64,000 nt of DNA from Syntrophaceae bacterium UBA6078 (lineage in GTDB: Bacteria; Desulfobacterota; Syntrophia; Syntrophales; UBA2210): contig DIXO01000020.1 of the NCBI GenBank assembly GCA_002428735.1, forward strand, positions 2,554 through 66,553. Reading direction: 5' to 3'. This document shows positions 16,591-25,840 of this stretch, piece after piece. The notes under the pieces are model-generated. The model was not told where the DNA came from. It saw only the letters and a list, made by a program, of their open reading frames with translations, and made no database searches. Position numbers and translations under genes: made by a program. How positions within the stretch are numbered: the first letter of the stretch is position 1; the number at the start of each line of letters is the position of its first letter.

Positions 16591-17265
16591 TTAAGATAGG
16601 GGTTTGTATTTACCGGGGAAGTTGCCTTTTTCGACGTTCTTAATTATTTTTTTTGCAATGCTTATGGACCTACTTATTTGACTTTCGGACATATAGGCTT
16701 CATCCGTAGTCCGCCCACTTTTGATCTTCTTGGAAAATATCAAGGCAACATCCTGCAATGCTTTCAGGCTTTTGCCTTGTTTCTGCCCTTTGTATAACTT
16801 AAGGTATAAGGCAAGCTCAGGTACTACCCTTGCCCCTGGCTCTGTCCAGGTTTGATAGAACTCACGTACCTGCTCGGCGTTCTTCATTTTCTCCTTAAGC
16901 CTTGTTCGCACTTCCTGCAGAACAACTTCCTGCCCGCCTCGTGGTCTAACGCCTGCGGAATGAATGAACAACAGTAAGTTTGTTTCCTCCTGCATCTTGA
17001 CATTTTGCATCAAGCGTTTTTTCACTTTCTCGAAAGAGGTGTCATCACCTTGGATTGCTTCGTTGTATGCTTGGTCAATAAGAGTTTCTAAGATTTCAGA
17101 TATTGGACAGACCGTCGGCCAAGGAGTAAGGGGTCCCGGATCTTTGGCGCTGGCTTTGATACGTGATATATATTCGAGGTATCTTGCTTCTCCGTGAATC
17201 TCCTTAAAACTCGATGCATTTAAATAATCGAGCCACAATTTAGAAATGTTCTTTCTATTAAACAT
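16591..17265 (-). CDS. hypothetical protein (224 aa), no recognisable family
   Basis: A long ORF in a low-GC segment between int and the alpA-like gene, on the same strand. The C-terminus MSESQISRSISIAKKIIKNV is possibly HTH-like. Confidence 0.6.
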   Translation of the reverse strand: MFNRKNISKLWLDYLNASSFKEIHGEARYLEYISRIKASAKDPGPLTPWPTVCPISEILETLIDQAYNEAIQGDDTSFEKVKKRLMQNVKMQEETNLLLFIHSAGVRPRGGQEVVLQEVRTRLKEKMKNAEQVREFYQTWTEPGARVVPELALYLKLYKGQKQGKSLKALQDVALIFSKKIKSGRTTDEAYMSESQISRSISIAKKIIKNVEKGNFPGKYKPLS

Positions 17266-17420
17266 CGCCTATCCTTTCGTTCGGTTTTTCTCATCGATCC
17301 GTAAACGGAGAAGGATTCTCTCGCTTGTCGATTCGGTTCATGACGTCAGTCTTATCCGCGACTTTTCCCCTTAAAATTTGCCTCCAAGCATCGACCTTTT
17401 TCAAGACATGCTTCCCATCG

Positions 17421-18590
17421 TTACGCCGAGGTGGTCTCCTTTTCGCGATTTTCAGCATTGACTACCTGATCAATGATAGATCCTGCCAAGTTTGATGCAC
17501 TCCGCAAGGTTTCATCTCGAAGATGGGCATATCGCTGTGTCATGGCAGGGCTCTTATGTGTGAGAAGCCGCTGGATCGTGTAAAGGTCTACTTGGCCGCT
17601 GCTGGCCAGGTTAGAGGCGAAAGCGTGTCTTAATCCGTGCATCGGGCGGAAATCTTTAGGGAGCCCTGCAGCATCCCGGATTGCCCGAAATGCCTTAGCG
17701 TTATTTATACCCGAAAAAACGAGACGGGACTCAGTTGAACGAGGTCGATTGGCCAAAAGCTCACGTGCTGAGTCGGACAATGGGATTGTTTGATCCGGTC
17801 CGCCCTTTGGATCTTTGATTGATATGAATCCCCGCCTGAAGTCAATATCATCCCATTGTAGTTTGGAGATTTCTCCCGCTCTCATGCCGGTGTATAGCGC
17901 CATCAACATCGCTTCCCTTGCATCACGGTTCAGTGCAGTTACCTTTCCGTTTTGATCGGTAACTGTTCCTTCTCGGAGAACCCTAAGAAGATTTTCCATT
18001 TGCTCATGGTTTAAGTCTTCGGTTTTGATATTATTCACCGTCGGCATCTCAATCCGAAATCCTGGTGTATTGCATAGCTGCTTTTTGGTGGCATAACTTA
18101 TGATTCGACGAAGTAGTTCTAAGACATTCCTGACAGTCGCTGGTTTTTGTGTCTTTAGGAGCTTAATACGGATTCGGTCTACATCCAATGGGACAAGCTC
18201 AGACGGTTCTTTGTTGCCAAGGCTCGGATCAATATGCAACCTGAACCGACACTCATCTTGAACGAGTCCCTTTAGGTTGGTGTGATTCTTTTTGTATTCA
18301 TCCCAAAGTTTCTTAATAGTCCATTTCTCGGTAATAAACCTTTCTGCCTCCCTCTTCTCAGGTCGAGTTTGCCGCTTCCCCTCAATGAGTTGTCCTCGAA
18401 TTCGTGCAGCCCGTGCCGCCGTCATATCATCAGCATACTGACGGCCAGCTTTTTCTTCATAAACCTTTCCATTTTTTTTGAAAACAACATAGAAAACTTT
18501 TTCTTTTCCCTTTCCTCCGATCCGAACTGCCTCACGATAAAAAACACCGGGATATTCTGTTTTGTGTCTTTTCATTTTCTCCCTCTCCAT
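17421..18590 (-). CDS. int: tyrosine recombinase / phage-type integrase
   Basis: Catalytic signature TGMRAGE (R), HGLRHAFAS (HxxR) and LLTHKSPAMTQRYAHL (H...Y). It lies 200 bp from the tRNA-derived repeat. Confidence 0.9.
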   Translation of the reverse strand: MEREKMKRHKTEYPGVFYREAVRIGGKGKEKVFYVVFKKNGKVYEEKAGRQYADDMTAARAARIRGQLIEGKRQTRPEKREAERFITEKWTIKKLWDEYKKNHTNLKGLVQDECRFRLHIDPSLGNKEPSELVPLDVDRIRIKLLKTQKPATVRNVLELLRRIISYATKKQLCNTPGFRIEMPTVNNIKTEDLNHEQMENLLRVLREGTVTDQNGKVTALNRDAREAMLMALYTGMRAGEISKLQWDDIDFRRGFISIKDPKGGPDQTIPLSDSARELLANRPRSTESRLVFSGINNAKAFRAIRDAAGLPKDFRPMHGLRHAFASNLASSGQVDLYTIQRLLTHKSPAMTQRYAHLRDETLRSASNLAGSIIDQVVNAENREKETTSA

Positions 18591-18642
18591 TTATTAAAAC
18601 AAGGATCAATGAGTACGCATTTCGATATGCCCAGAATTATTA

Positions 18643-18662
18643 TTCCAACCCTATTTCCAACC
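18643..18662 (+). repeat. TTCCAACC repeat, copy 3 (between the int start and attR)
   Basis: TTCCAACCCTATTTCCAACC is identical to 4070-4089. Confidence 0.5.
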
Positions 18663-18787
18663 TAAATAATAATAAAACAGGTATTTCACGGTAAGTCAAG
18701 GGAATATTTATTTATGTAAGTAGCTTATAATTCAATAAATAAATGGAGTGTTGGTAAAAATCGGGAAATGACGGTAACAGATATTAC

Positions 18788-18837
<50 letters not shown>

Positions 18838-19429
18838 AATAGATACAGGGGCTTAGATATTATTCTAGCTCCTTTTTCTTTGCCCTCGATTATTCGCTCC
18901 CAGAACTATTTCCAATATTAAGGAGGGCTGTGAAAAATCAAAATCTGAATACACCGCCCTGTGGGTGGGGATGGGAAGTTTCCCTGCCGAAGGCAGGGAA
19001 AAACATGTTCTGTATTACACATGACTGTGAAAAAGATCTCCGCATGATGTATATGAGACGAAACATGATTGTGGGGACGTACAGGAACGAATGAGGAGTA
19101 TCTTTGAGTTTGCCAATTCTATCGTCAGGTCCGTCAACCGCTGGAGCATCGCATACAACGGGTCTAACTCTCCCATAAAATGCAGTGGTAATTTCCTGAA
19201 CCTAGTGGTATCATATGTTCAAGTCATCGCACTGTTTTCGTCCCATAGTTTTTCCAAGCACCTTTTTAGGAAATATCGATGGCTTTTGACAATACCTCAA
19301 ATTACGAACTTTTTTTCACGCTACCCTAAATTTTCTTTCAAATGAGTTGTTTTTATCCCGCAAATTTAATAAAAGGGAAAGGGTAATTTTTATCAGTGAT
19401 TTGGGCATACACTTAGGAAAGGGAATGGG

Positions 19430-20359
19430 ATGCAAGTCCAGGAAAGCAAGGTACTAACTCTGGAAGAGGCGGTTTGTCGTTACGTGTATGATGGGTGCAG
19501 CATTGCTTTGGGGGCAATTGTCAGTCGTGAACCTATGGCTGTGGCATCTGAGATTGTCCGCCAGAAGAAGAAAGATCTCACATTTGTTAACGATTCATCT
19601 GTTGATCCTGCCGAGCTCTTGATTGCGGCCGGCTGCATTCGCCGGGTTGAAGATGCCTACATCTGGATGGGCGGAGTTGGCCCAGCTCACAATTATCGGA
19701 GAGCGGTGCAAGAGGGGATTCCGCATTACTTGGAGATAGAAGAGTATTCGAATTACGGTATCTCTCTTCGTTTCATGGCCGGTGCCATGGGGGTTCCGTT
19801 TTTACCCACAAAGTCCATGCTTGGCTCGGATATGGTTGCGCATAATCCACGCATCAAAGTCATTCCGGACCCTTATGGGGGTAAGCCGGTTGCCCTTGTT
19901 CCGGCATCGAGGCCTGACGTTGCCTTTATTCATGCCCAGCGCGCTGATGCCGAAGGCAATGCGCAGATATGGGGGATGGTTGGGAATGATGATAACATTG
20001 CCCGTGCGGCCAAAGCAGTTGTCATCACGTGCGAAGAAATAGTTCCAACAAGCGAGATCAGGAAGATACCGAATATGACGGCCATTCCATCTTATTGTGT
20101 TTCTGCGGTTGTTAAAGTTCCCTTTTGCTGTCATCCTCTATCCGTTTCAGGATATTACTGGCTGGATCAGCCGTTCCGAAGGTCATTCTCGAAAGCATCG
20201 AAAACCCGTGAAGGAGTGGTGGCTTGGATTGATGAATGGGTTTATGATCTCAAGAACCATGAAGAATATATGAACAAGGTTGGCATGGATCGCCTTTCAA
20301 AATTGCGTCAAATGGAATTGGATAACTATCATATCCCCACTATTGAAACGACAGGTTAA
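19430..20359 (+). CDS. CoA-transferase subunit A (glutaconate-CoA-transferase-like)
   Basis: 309 aa with a family-typical N-terminus (KVLTLEEAV...DGCSIALGA) and ...AFIHAQRADAEGNAQIWG. It is followed directly by a subunit B gene. Confidence 0.75.
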   Translation: MQVQESKVLTLEEAVCRYVYDGCSIALGAIVSREPMAVASEIVRQKKKDLTFVNDSSVDPAELLIAAGCIRRVEDAYIWMGGVGPAHNYRRAVQEGIPHYLEIEEYSNYGISLRFMAGAMGVPFLPTKSMLGSDMVAHNPRIKVIPDPYGGKPVALVPASRPDVAFIHAQRADAEGNAQIWGMVGNDDNIARAAKAVVITCEEIVPTSEIRKIPNMTAIPSYCVSAVVKVPFCCHPLSVSGYYWLDQPFRRSFSKASKTREGVVAWIDEWVYDLKNHEEYMNKVGMDRLSKLRQMELDNYHIPTIETTG

Positions 20360-20363
20360 GAAC

Positions 20364-21239
20364 ATGAGTTACGCGGAAAAATATTCGACTTCAGAATTAA
20401 TGGCAGCCTTTGTCTCGCGCCAGATACGTAACGATGACGTGGTATTTATTGGAATTGGTCTCCCGCTTGTTGCCGGAGTGGTCGCGGTTGCGACCCATGC
20501 GCCGAAAGCCATACTGATCTATGAAGGCGGGGGAATTGGGGCACGTACGAGGAGGGTCCCGTGGTCGATTTCAGATAATCCTACGACTGACAATGCCATC
20601 GCCGCAGTTCCCATGTGGCGTGTCTTCTCCGATATGCAGGCCGGCTATGTGACACTGGGTGTAGTAGGCGGTGCCGAGATCGATCGATTTGGAAATCTCA
20701 ATACAACAGCGATTTACGGCCGGGGGGGTAGCTATCGACATCCGAAGGTGAGGCTTGCGGGAAGTGGCGGCGCGAATGATATCGCCTCTTCTGCTGGCCG
20801 ATTGATAATAATGATGCACCTTGGAAAGGGAAAATTTGTCGACCGTGTACAATTTTTAACGACACCGGGGTATATATCAGGTCCTGGTGCACGTGAGGAG
20901 GCCGGGTTAAAGGGAAAGGGACCGGAATATGTGGTGACTGAGAAATGCATATTTGCCTTTGATGAGAAAACCAAAGAAATGTACTTGAAGTTGCTGTATC
21001 CCGGTGTCACTGTTGAGGAGGTTAAGCAGCTTGTAGGCTGGGACCTGAAAGTTGCTGCCAATATGGAAAAACCAGAGCCCCCGACAGAACAGCAGATCCG
21101 TTTGATGAAAGCCTTTGATCCTGATGGCAGCATCATGAAAACGCCCAAGATTGCACCTGATAAGTGGGAAGACTTTGATGCCTTTTATGAACTGATAAAA
21201 GCTGCGTACGAATCAAACCACATCTATAATTCTTACTGA
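20364..21239 (+). CDS. CoA-transferase subunit B
   Basis: Start set at ATG 20364 (MSYAEKYSTSELMAAFVSRQI...), 2 nt after the subunit A stop. GIGLPLVAG and LAGSGGANDIASSA are typical. Confidence 0.75.
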   Translation: MSYAEKYSTSELMAAFVSRQIRNDDVVFIGIGLPLVAGVVAVATHAPKAILIYEGGGIGARTRRVPWSISDNPTTDNAIAAVPMWRVFSDMQAGYVTLGVVGGAEIDRFGNLNTTAIYGRGGSYRHPKVRLAGSGGANDIASSAGRLIIMMHLGKGKFVDRVQFLTTPGYISGPGAREEAGLKGKGPEYVVTEKCIFAFDEKTKEMYLKLLYPGVTVEEVKQLVGWDLKVAANMEKPEPPTEQQIRLMKAFDPDGSIMKTPKIAPDKWEDFDAFYELIKAAYESNHIYNSY

Positions 21240-21350
21240 CAGATTCCTCCGGGTAAACTCCAAGGGATCGGTCGATATTTTAAGTATTGTTCTGTGAGCA
21301 GGTGTGTTGTGTGTTAACCTTAACTATCTAAAGCATTAAAGGAGAGAACC

Positions 21351-22418
21351 ATGCGTAGACAACTTTTTTGTAAAAACGTGATGTTAGTAGCGGCAGCTAT
21401 CATAGTTTTTTTGATAGCAGGTCAATCACTCACCTTGGCTGCTTCACCTAATTTTGAGAAAAGGACCCTTACCTTGGCCGGTTATTACTCGCCTGGGAAT
21501 CTTGAGGACCCCATGTACAGGGCCTGTCAGCACTTTGCAAAACTCGTTAATGACTACACTAATGGAAAGGTAACCGTCGAAATATCGGGTGAAGGTCAGA
21601 TTTATTCGAGTGGCGCTGAGATGGTAAAGGCAGCTATGATGGGCTCTCTCGATGTCGTATGGGTCCCTCAGTCGCGACATACCGCATGCGGTTTGAAGAA
21701 TTGGAAAATTTTTTCTGTTCCTGGTCTTTTGACAGCAGGGGGAGGAGGTGAATCGTATTACGGCAAGCGACTGTACGCATTCTTTAATGATCCCAAGGTC
21801 CATGCACTATTCAGTAAAGAAGCTCAGTCTAAGGGATTAAAGCTTTTTACCGTTGTGGCGGATCAGCCTTTACAACTCATTGCAAGAGAACCATATCAAC
21901 CTGATGATTTAAAGGGACTCCAGTTAGGGTGCCCGGGGGCGCTGGGATATCGTTTGATTGCCGAGCGATATCAGTTCTCCGCAGTTCCTTTGGTAGCCAC
22001 GGGTGAGCGATATTCGGCGATTAAACAAGGCATGATTTATGGCATATTGGGAACGAGTAAACACCTATCCCTTACGTATAAATGGGTGGATTTGATTCCC
22101 TATGCCATGTCTGAACCGTGGTCGACGATTATTCACACTCTCGAAGTCAGTTCTATGAAATGGGAATCATATGGCGGTGATTTAAAGAAGTTATTAGAGG
22201 AAAAGGTTATTCCTGAAGCGACGGAATTTGCACGAAAAGCCTATGCTGAAAGCGTCGAGAATATCGATCAGAAGTACTTGGCAGCGGGAGGCAAAAATTA
22301 TTCATGGAGCGAGAAGGATGTCATGGCACTTCGAGCGTGGTATCCAACAGCCGCTGAAAAGTTCCGTGATGAATTGAAGGATGCCCAGTTACTTGATCTT
22401 GCGTTGTCTTATCAATAG
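21351..22418 (+). CDS. dctP: TRAP transporter substrate-binding protein (DctP family)
   Basis: Signal peptide (VMLVAAAIIVFLIAGQSLTLA), about 355 aa, followed by dctQ- and dctM-type genes. Confidence 0.7.
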   Translation: MRRQLFCKNVMLVAAAIIVFLIAGQSLTLAASPNFEKRTLTLAGYYSPGNLEDPMYRACQHFAKLVNDYTNGKVTVEISGEGQIYSSGAEMVKAAMMGSLDVVWVPQSRHTACGLKNWKIFSVPGLLTAGGGGESYYGKRLYAFFNDPKVHALFSKEAQSKGLKLFTVVADQPLQLIAREPYQPDDLKGLQLGCPGALGYRLIAERYQFSAVPLVATGERYSAIKQGMIYGILGTSKHLSLTYKWVDLIPYAMSEPWSTIIHTLEVSSMKWESYGGDLKKLLEEKVIPEATEFARKAYAESVENIDQKYLAAGGKNYSWSEKDVMALRAWYPTAAEKFRDELKDAQLLDLALSYQ

Positions 22419-22637
22419 ATAATTCTTTGTTCGGCGATTGCTATTATTTTTTTGAAGGGATGGGAGTTTTCTAATCAGAGGGGTGAGTTCTTGTCCACGA
22501 TCGTTGAAATGGAGTAACTGTTAGTGAAAATAACGACTTCAAGGGTTCGATTTAACACGCTGGTTATTTCATCTCAGATTGCGGACAGGAACACCTGATA
22601 ATAAGCAGTACCTGGAAACGAAGGTGAAGGAATCAAT

Positions 22638-23150
22638 ATGAATTTACAAACATCGGTGCAGAAAATCGGGTTACTTGAAAAAATATTTGATCTGCTGACA
22701 TCAATCTTTTCTTATTTACTGCTTGTAAGTGTATTGTATGTGACATTTGAAGTGTTTAGCAGGTATCTCTTTTCGAAGCCACATGATTACTCAGAGATTC
22801 TGGCCAAGTATATGGTTTTAATGGTGGTGTTAGGTGGAGCCGGAATAGCTTATTATCGTAATGTTCATATCAAGATGGACCTTGCAGTGTCAAAAATTCG
22901 GGGCAGGGCGCTGGTATTTATCAAAATTATCGAAGCCCTTTTTACCTTCGTAGCTTGTGGCATATTAACCCTTTTTACTGGCAAGTATTGTGCGTTTCTC
23001 TTTAGTATCGGCTCAGAATCAGAAACATCAATTCCCATTCCCCAATGGCTCGAACCTCTTTCTCTGTTAATAGGAGTTTTTTTTGTAAGTGTGGTGGCTT
23101 TTGTTCGTATGGGGGTTTTCTTCCGAGAATTTATGAAATTTCATCAATAA
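22638..23150 (+). CDS. dctQ: TRAP transporter small permease (DctQ family)
   Basis: 170 aa with 4 hydrophobic helices and the RYLF...HIKMDL pattern. Confidence 0.7.
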   Translation: MNLQTSVQKIGLLEKIFDLLTSIFSYLLLVSVLYVTFEVFSRYLFSKPHDYSEILAKYMVLMVVLGGAGIAYYRNVHIKMDLAVSKIRGRALVFIKIIEALFTFVACGILTLFTGKYCAFLFSIGSESETSIPIPQWLEPLSLLIGVFFVSVVAFVRMGVFFREFMKFHQ

Positions 23151-23261
23151 TTGGCATTCAACACTGCCCCGGATCGCCCTAGTTATCAGAAAATCTGGCA
23201 GAGGAGTTGAGAGTGCATAATTTGCTCAATGTCGTATCTTGGGCTTTAAGAATTTCGCTGT

Positions 23262-23305
23262 GATTTCCTTTACAGATGCGGATTACCGGTAAAGGAATCT
23301 TTTTT
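23262..23305 (+). terminator. terminator-like hairpin between dctQ and dctM
   Basis: GATT(T)CCTTTAC-15 nt-GTAAAGGAATC followed by TTTTTT. Confidence 0.45.
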
Positions 23306-23496
23306 CTGCGGTGCTGACATTGCAAACGGGTTGTGTGCGAAGGGAAGATTCCGATTCATGGCATTAGCAAGAGCATGGAATTTGCTGATTGTCTCAATGG
23401 GGAGAAGGATCATCATAGGGAGATAGGACGGTAAAAATCTCTTAATTCATTTTGATATAACATATTAATATTGAAGAATAATGGAGGGTTCGTTTA

Positions 23497-24783
23497 ATGA
23501 CCTTTTCGATATTGTGGGCAATCTTTCTCTTTGTTATTCCATTCTTTCTGTCAAGTCCTATATTTGTCTGCTTTGTGCTTTCGAGTTTTGTCATTCTGAT
23601 TTTTACGGCGAATATGCCGGGAATGACAATCGCGTTGCAGGCCGTAAGCGCGATCCACAGCTTTTCACTTGTTGCAATTCCTTTCTTTATCTTGCTGGGC
23701 TATATTATGGTTGAATCGAAGGCCGTGACCTCCCTTTTTGACTTGGTGAGGGTTTTCATTGGGTCCTTCAAGGCGGGTCTTGGTATGGCTGTTATCATGG
23801 GCTCTGCTCTGTTTGGAACGATGTGTGGTTCCGGGGTAGCAACCGCCGTTGCCATGAGTTCAGCCGGTGGTCCTGAATTGATAAAATCAGGTTATTCAAA
23901 GGATAGGGCGGCTGCTATAGCGGGAGCTGCCGGTTGTTTGGGTTTTATGATTCCCCCCAGCGTGGTGGGTGTCATTCTGGCCGAGGTGACGCAGACATCG
24001 GTTGCAGACTTGTTTGCAGCAATAGTGATACCGGGTTTTGTCATAGCTTTGATTGAGTGTGTTACATGCTACCTCACCTGCCGGAATGTTCCAACCATTA
24101 AGAGGGAACCTAAAAGTAACTGGAGCGAGAAGAGAAAGGCTATGTATAGGGCATTGCCGGCGTTTATTATCCCCGCTACATTGTTTGTCGTGATTTATGG
24201 CGGAATCGCAACACCAACTGAGGCATCGGCAATAGCGTGTTTTGCTGCATTTCTCGTTGGAGTTTTCTTTTATCGCCAATTAACATGGGGGGGTGTGAAG
24301 CGAGCACTGAAGGATACTATCATCTCCTCAAGTACAATATTCTGCATTATATTCGGTGCCGTATTATTTGGTCGTTCTCTCGCCGTCCTGGGATTGCCCC
24401 AGGCGATAGCCTCATGGGCAACTGGCTCATCACTTCACCCAGTTATGTTCTTGTTTGCCTTCTCAATAATCTTCCTGATCCTTGGGACTTTTTTAGATAT
24501 ATTCGCACTGTTGTATATATGTTTACCTCCGGTTTTGCCAGCGGTAACAGCTCTCGGCATAGATCCTATCCATTTTGGTGTCGTTTTCCTTGTTGCAGCA
24601 TTCGTGGGACAAATTACGCCTCCGGTTTGTATAACTCTGTACGCCGCAACAACGCCTCTTGATGCGGATGTTACCAAAACAATCAGGTTTGCAATGCCGT
24701 ATTTAGGAGCTGTAGTTTTGAGTCTCATATTAGTCATCCTGTTCCCCGTTTTATCCCTGTTCATGGTCGGACTTACAAGCTGA
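23497..24783 (+). CDS. dctM: TRAP transporter large permease (DctM family)
   Basis: A 428-aa polytopic membrane protein with a typical DctM N-terminus and length. Confidence 0.85.
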   Translation: MTFSILWAIFLFVIPFFLSSPIFVCFVLSSFVILIFTANMPGMTIALQAVSAIHSFSLVAIPFFILLGYIMVESKAVTSLFDLVRVFIGSFKAGLGMAVIMGSALFGTMCGSGVATAVAMSSAGGPELIKSGYSKDRAAAIAGAAGCLGFMIPPSVVGVILAEVTQTSVADLFAAIVIPGFVIALIECVTCYLTCRNVPTIKREPKSNWSEKRKAMYRALPAFIIPATLFVVIYGGIATPTEASAIACFAAFLVGVFFYRQLTWGGVKRALKDTIISSSTIFCIIFGAVLFGRSLAVLGLPQAIASWATGSSLHPVMFLFAFSIIFLILGTFLDIFALLYICLPPVLPAVTALGIDPIHFGVVFLVAAFVGQITPPVCITLYAATTPLDADVTKTIRFAMPYLGAVVLSLILVILFPVLSLFMVGLTS

Positions 24784-24900
24784 CAAAATCTAATGAATAC
24801 CCAGCTGCTATGCTCAGCAACTCTACGCGAGAATTCTTCATTTTTGCGGACATAGAATCAAAAGTGACAGAGTTTTGGTCATTTGAAGCGTGAGCATCGC

Positions 24901-25035
24901 ATGGATCGTGATCGTCTGAAGGGGGTCTATGTCGATCGGATCAATGTGATGCTCAGTGCCGGTAGTATGCTGACCTTCCTCAAGAAATGGATTTTTGAGG
25001 ATCCACTAAAGGAGGAATTAAATCGATTGAGATAG
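24901..25035 (+). pseudogene. possible transposase C-terminal remnant
   Basis: The 44-aa ORF MDRDRLKGVYVDRINVMLSAGSMLTFLKKW... resembles the R-GL-KV...L-A-A-NLKK tail of IS5/IS1182-type transposases. This is weak pattern evidence only. Confidence 0.25.
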
Positions 25036-25237
25036 TAGCAGGTGAGCGTGCCTGTTAACGATTCCTGTTCTTCATATCTTTAACGATCGAATTACATTAG
25101 AGATCGCACCCTGTAAGGAAAGCGAATAACAACCAGCCATTTTTCAAAGGATCGGCCTATAAGACATTTACGCATAAAAGATGACAGTGTTGCTGGAAAA
25201 GTCGAACTATAAACAAATGGAGAAAGGAGTTGAAGTG

Positions 25238-25633
25238 ATGAGTGGTCAATACGAAAAGTATATTGTAAGGGAACCGAAGATTGTTGATTCATTTGAAAAA
25301 CATGCGAGTGGAAAATATCAAATATTGATGGATGATGATCTGGTGCCGGGCGCTGAGTTTTTTATAGTTGGAGGTATAAGCAAACGAATTTATCAGGATA
25401 ACCCTTTAACAAAACATACACATGATGTAAATGAGACTTATTTGTTTCTCAGCCGGAAAGGGGATTCAGAAATAGAGGTGGAACTGGGCGACGAGACCTA
25501 TAATGTGCTGCCACCGGCTTCGATATATATTCCAAAGGGTGTACCTCATATTTTTCGATACAAGCGAATCGATAGTCCTTTAACAGTCGTGGCGATTGTA
25601 CAAGGGGGGACTTATAAGACCTTTGATGTATAA
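25238..25633 (+). CDS. cupin-fold protein
   Basis: RBS AAAGGAG at 25222-25228 precedes ATG 25238. About 130 aa, with HTHDVNETYLF ... IYIPKGVPHIF giving a cupin-like two-His-motif spacing. Confidence 0.55.
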   Translation: MSGQYEKYIVREPKIVDSFEKHASGKYQILMDDDLVPGAEFFIVGGISKRIYQDNPLTKHTHDVNETYLFLSRKGDSEIEVELGDETYNVLPPASIYIPKGVPHIFRYKRIDSPLTVVAIVQGGTYKTFDV

Positions 25634-25840
25634 ACTTTCGGAAAACCGAACGTCTTTTGAAGTTTTTCGGGAATTATAAAATCGGTCAAAAATTCTCTTC
25701 TGAGCGGATGGATGTTGTGCCGAGACAGTCGGAAAAGTCGATGAAGCGGTTGGTAAACGATATATAAGAAACCAATCTCGCCTGTAGAGTCTCACCATGC
25801 CAGGAGTCCTGAGACCCGGGGCTTTTGTCCGGGGAGTGGT

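Noticed and set aside
19091-19345. An 84-aa ORF in the 590-bp spacer between attR and the CoA-transferase gene, and the perfect 9-bp hairpin TTCCCTGCC-GAA-GGCAGGGAA at 18979-18999.
   Set aside because: The ORF has no RBS and an odd composition. The hairpin has no adjoining U-run on either strand, so no function could be assigned.
23481-23714. A 77-aa ORF overlapping the dctM start.
   Set aside because: It is in a different frame from the well-supported DctM N-terminus and has no independent support.
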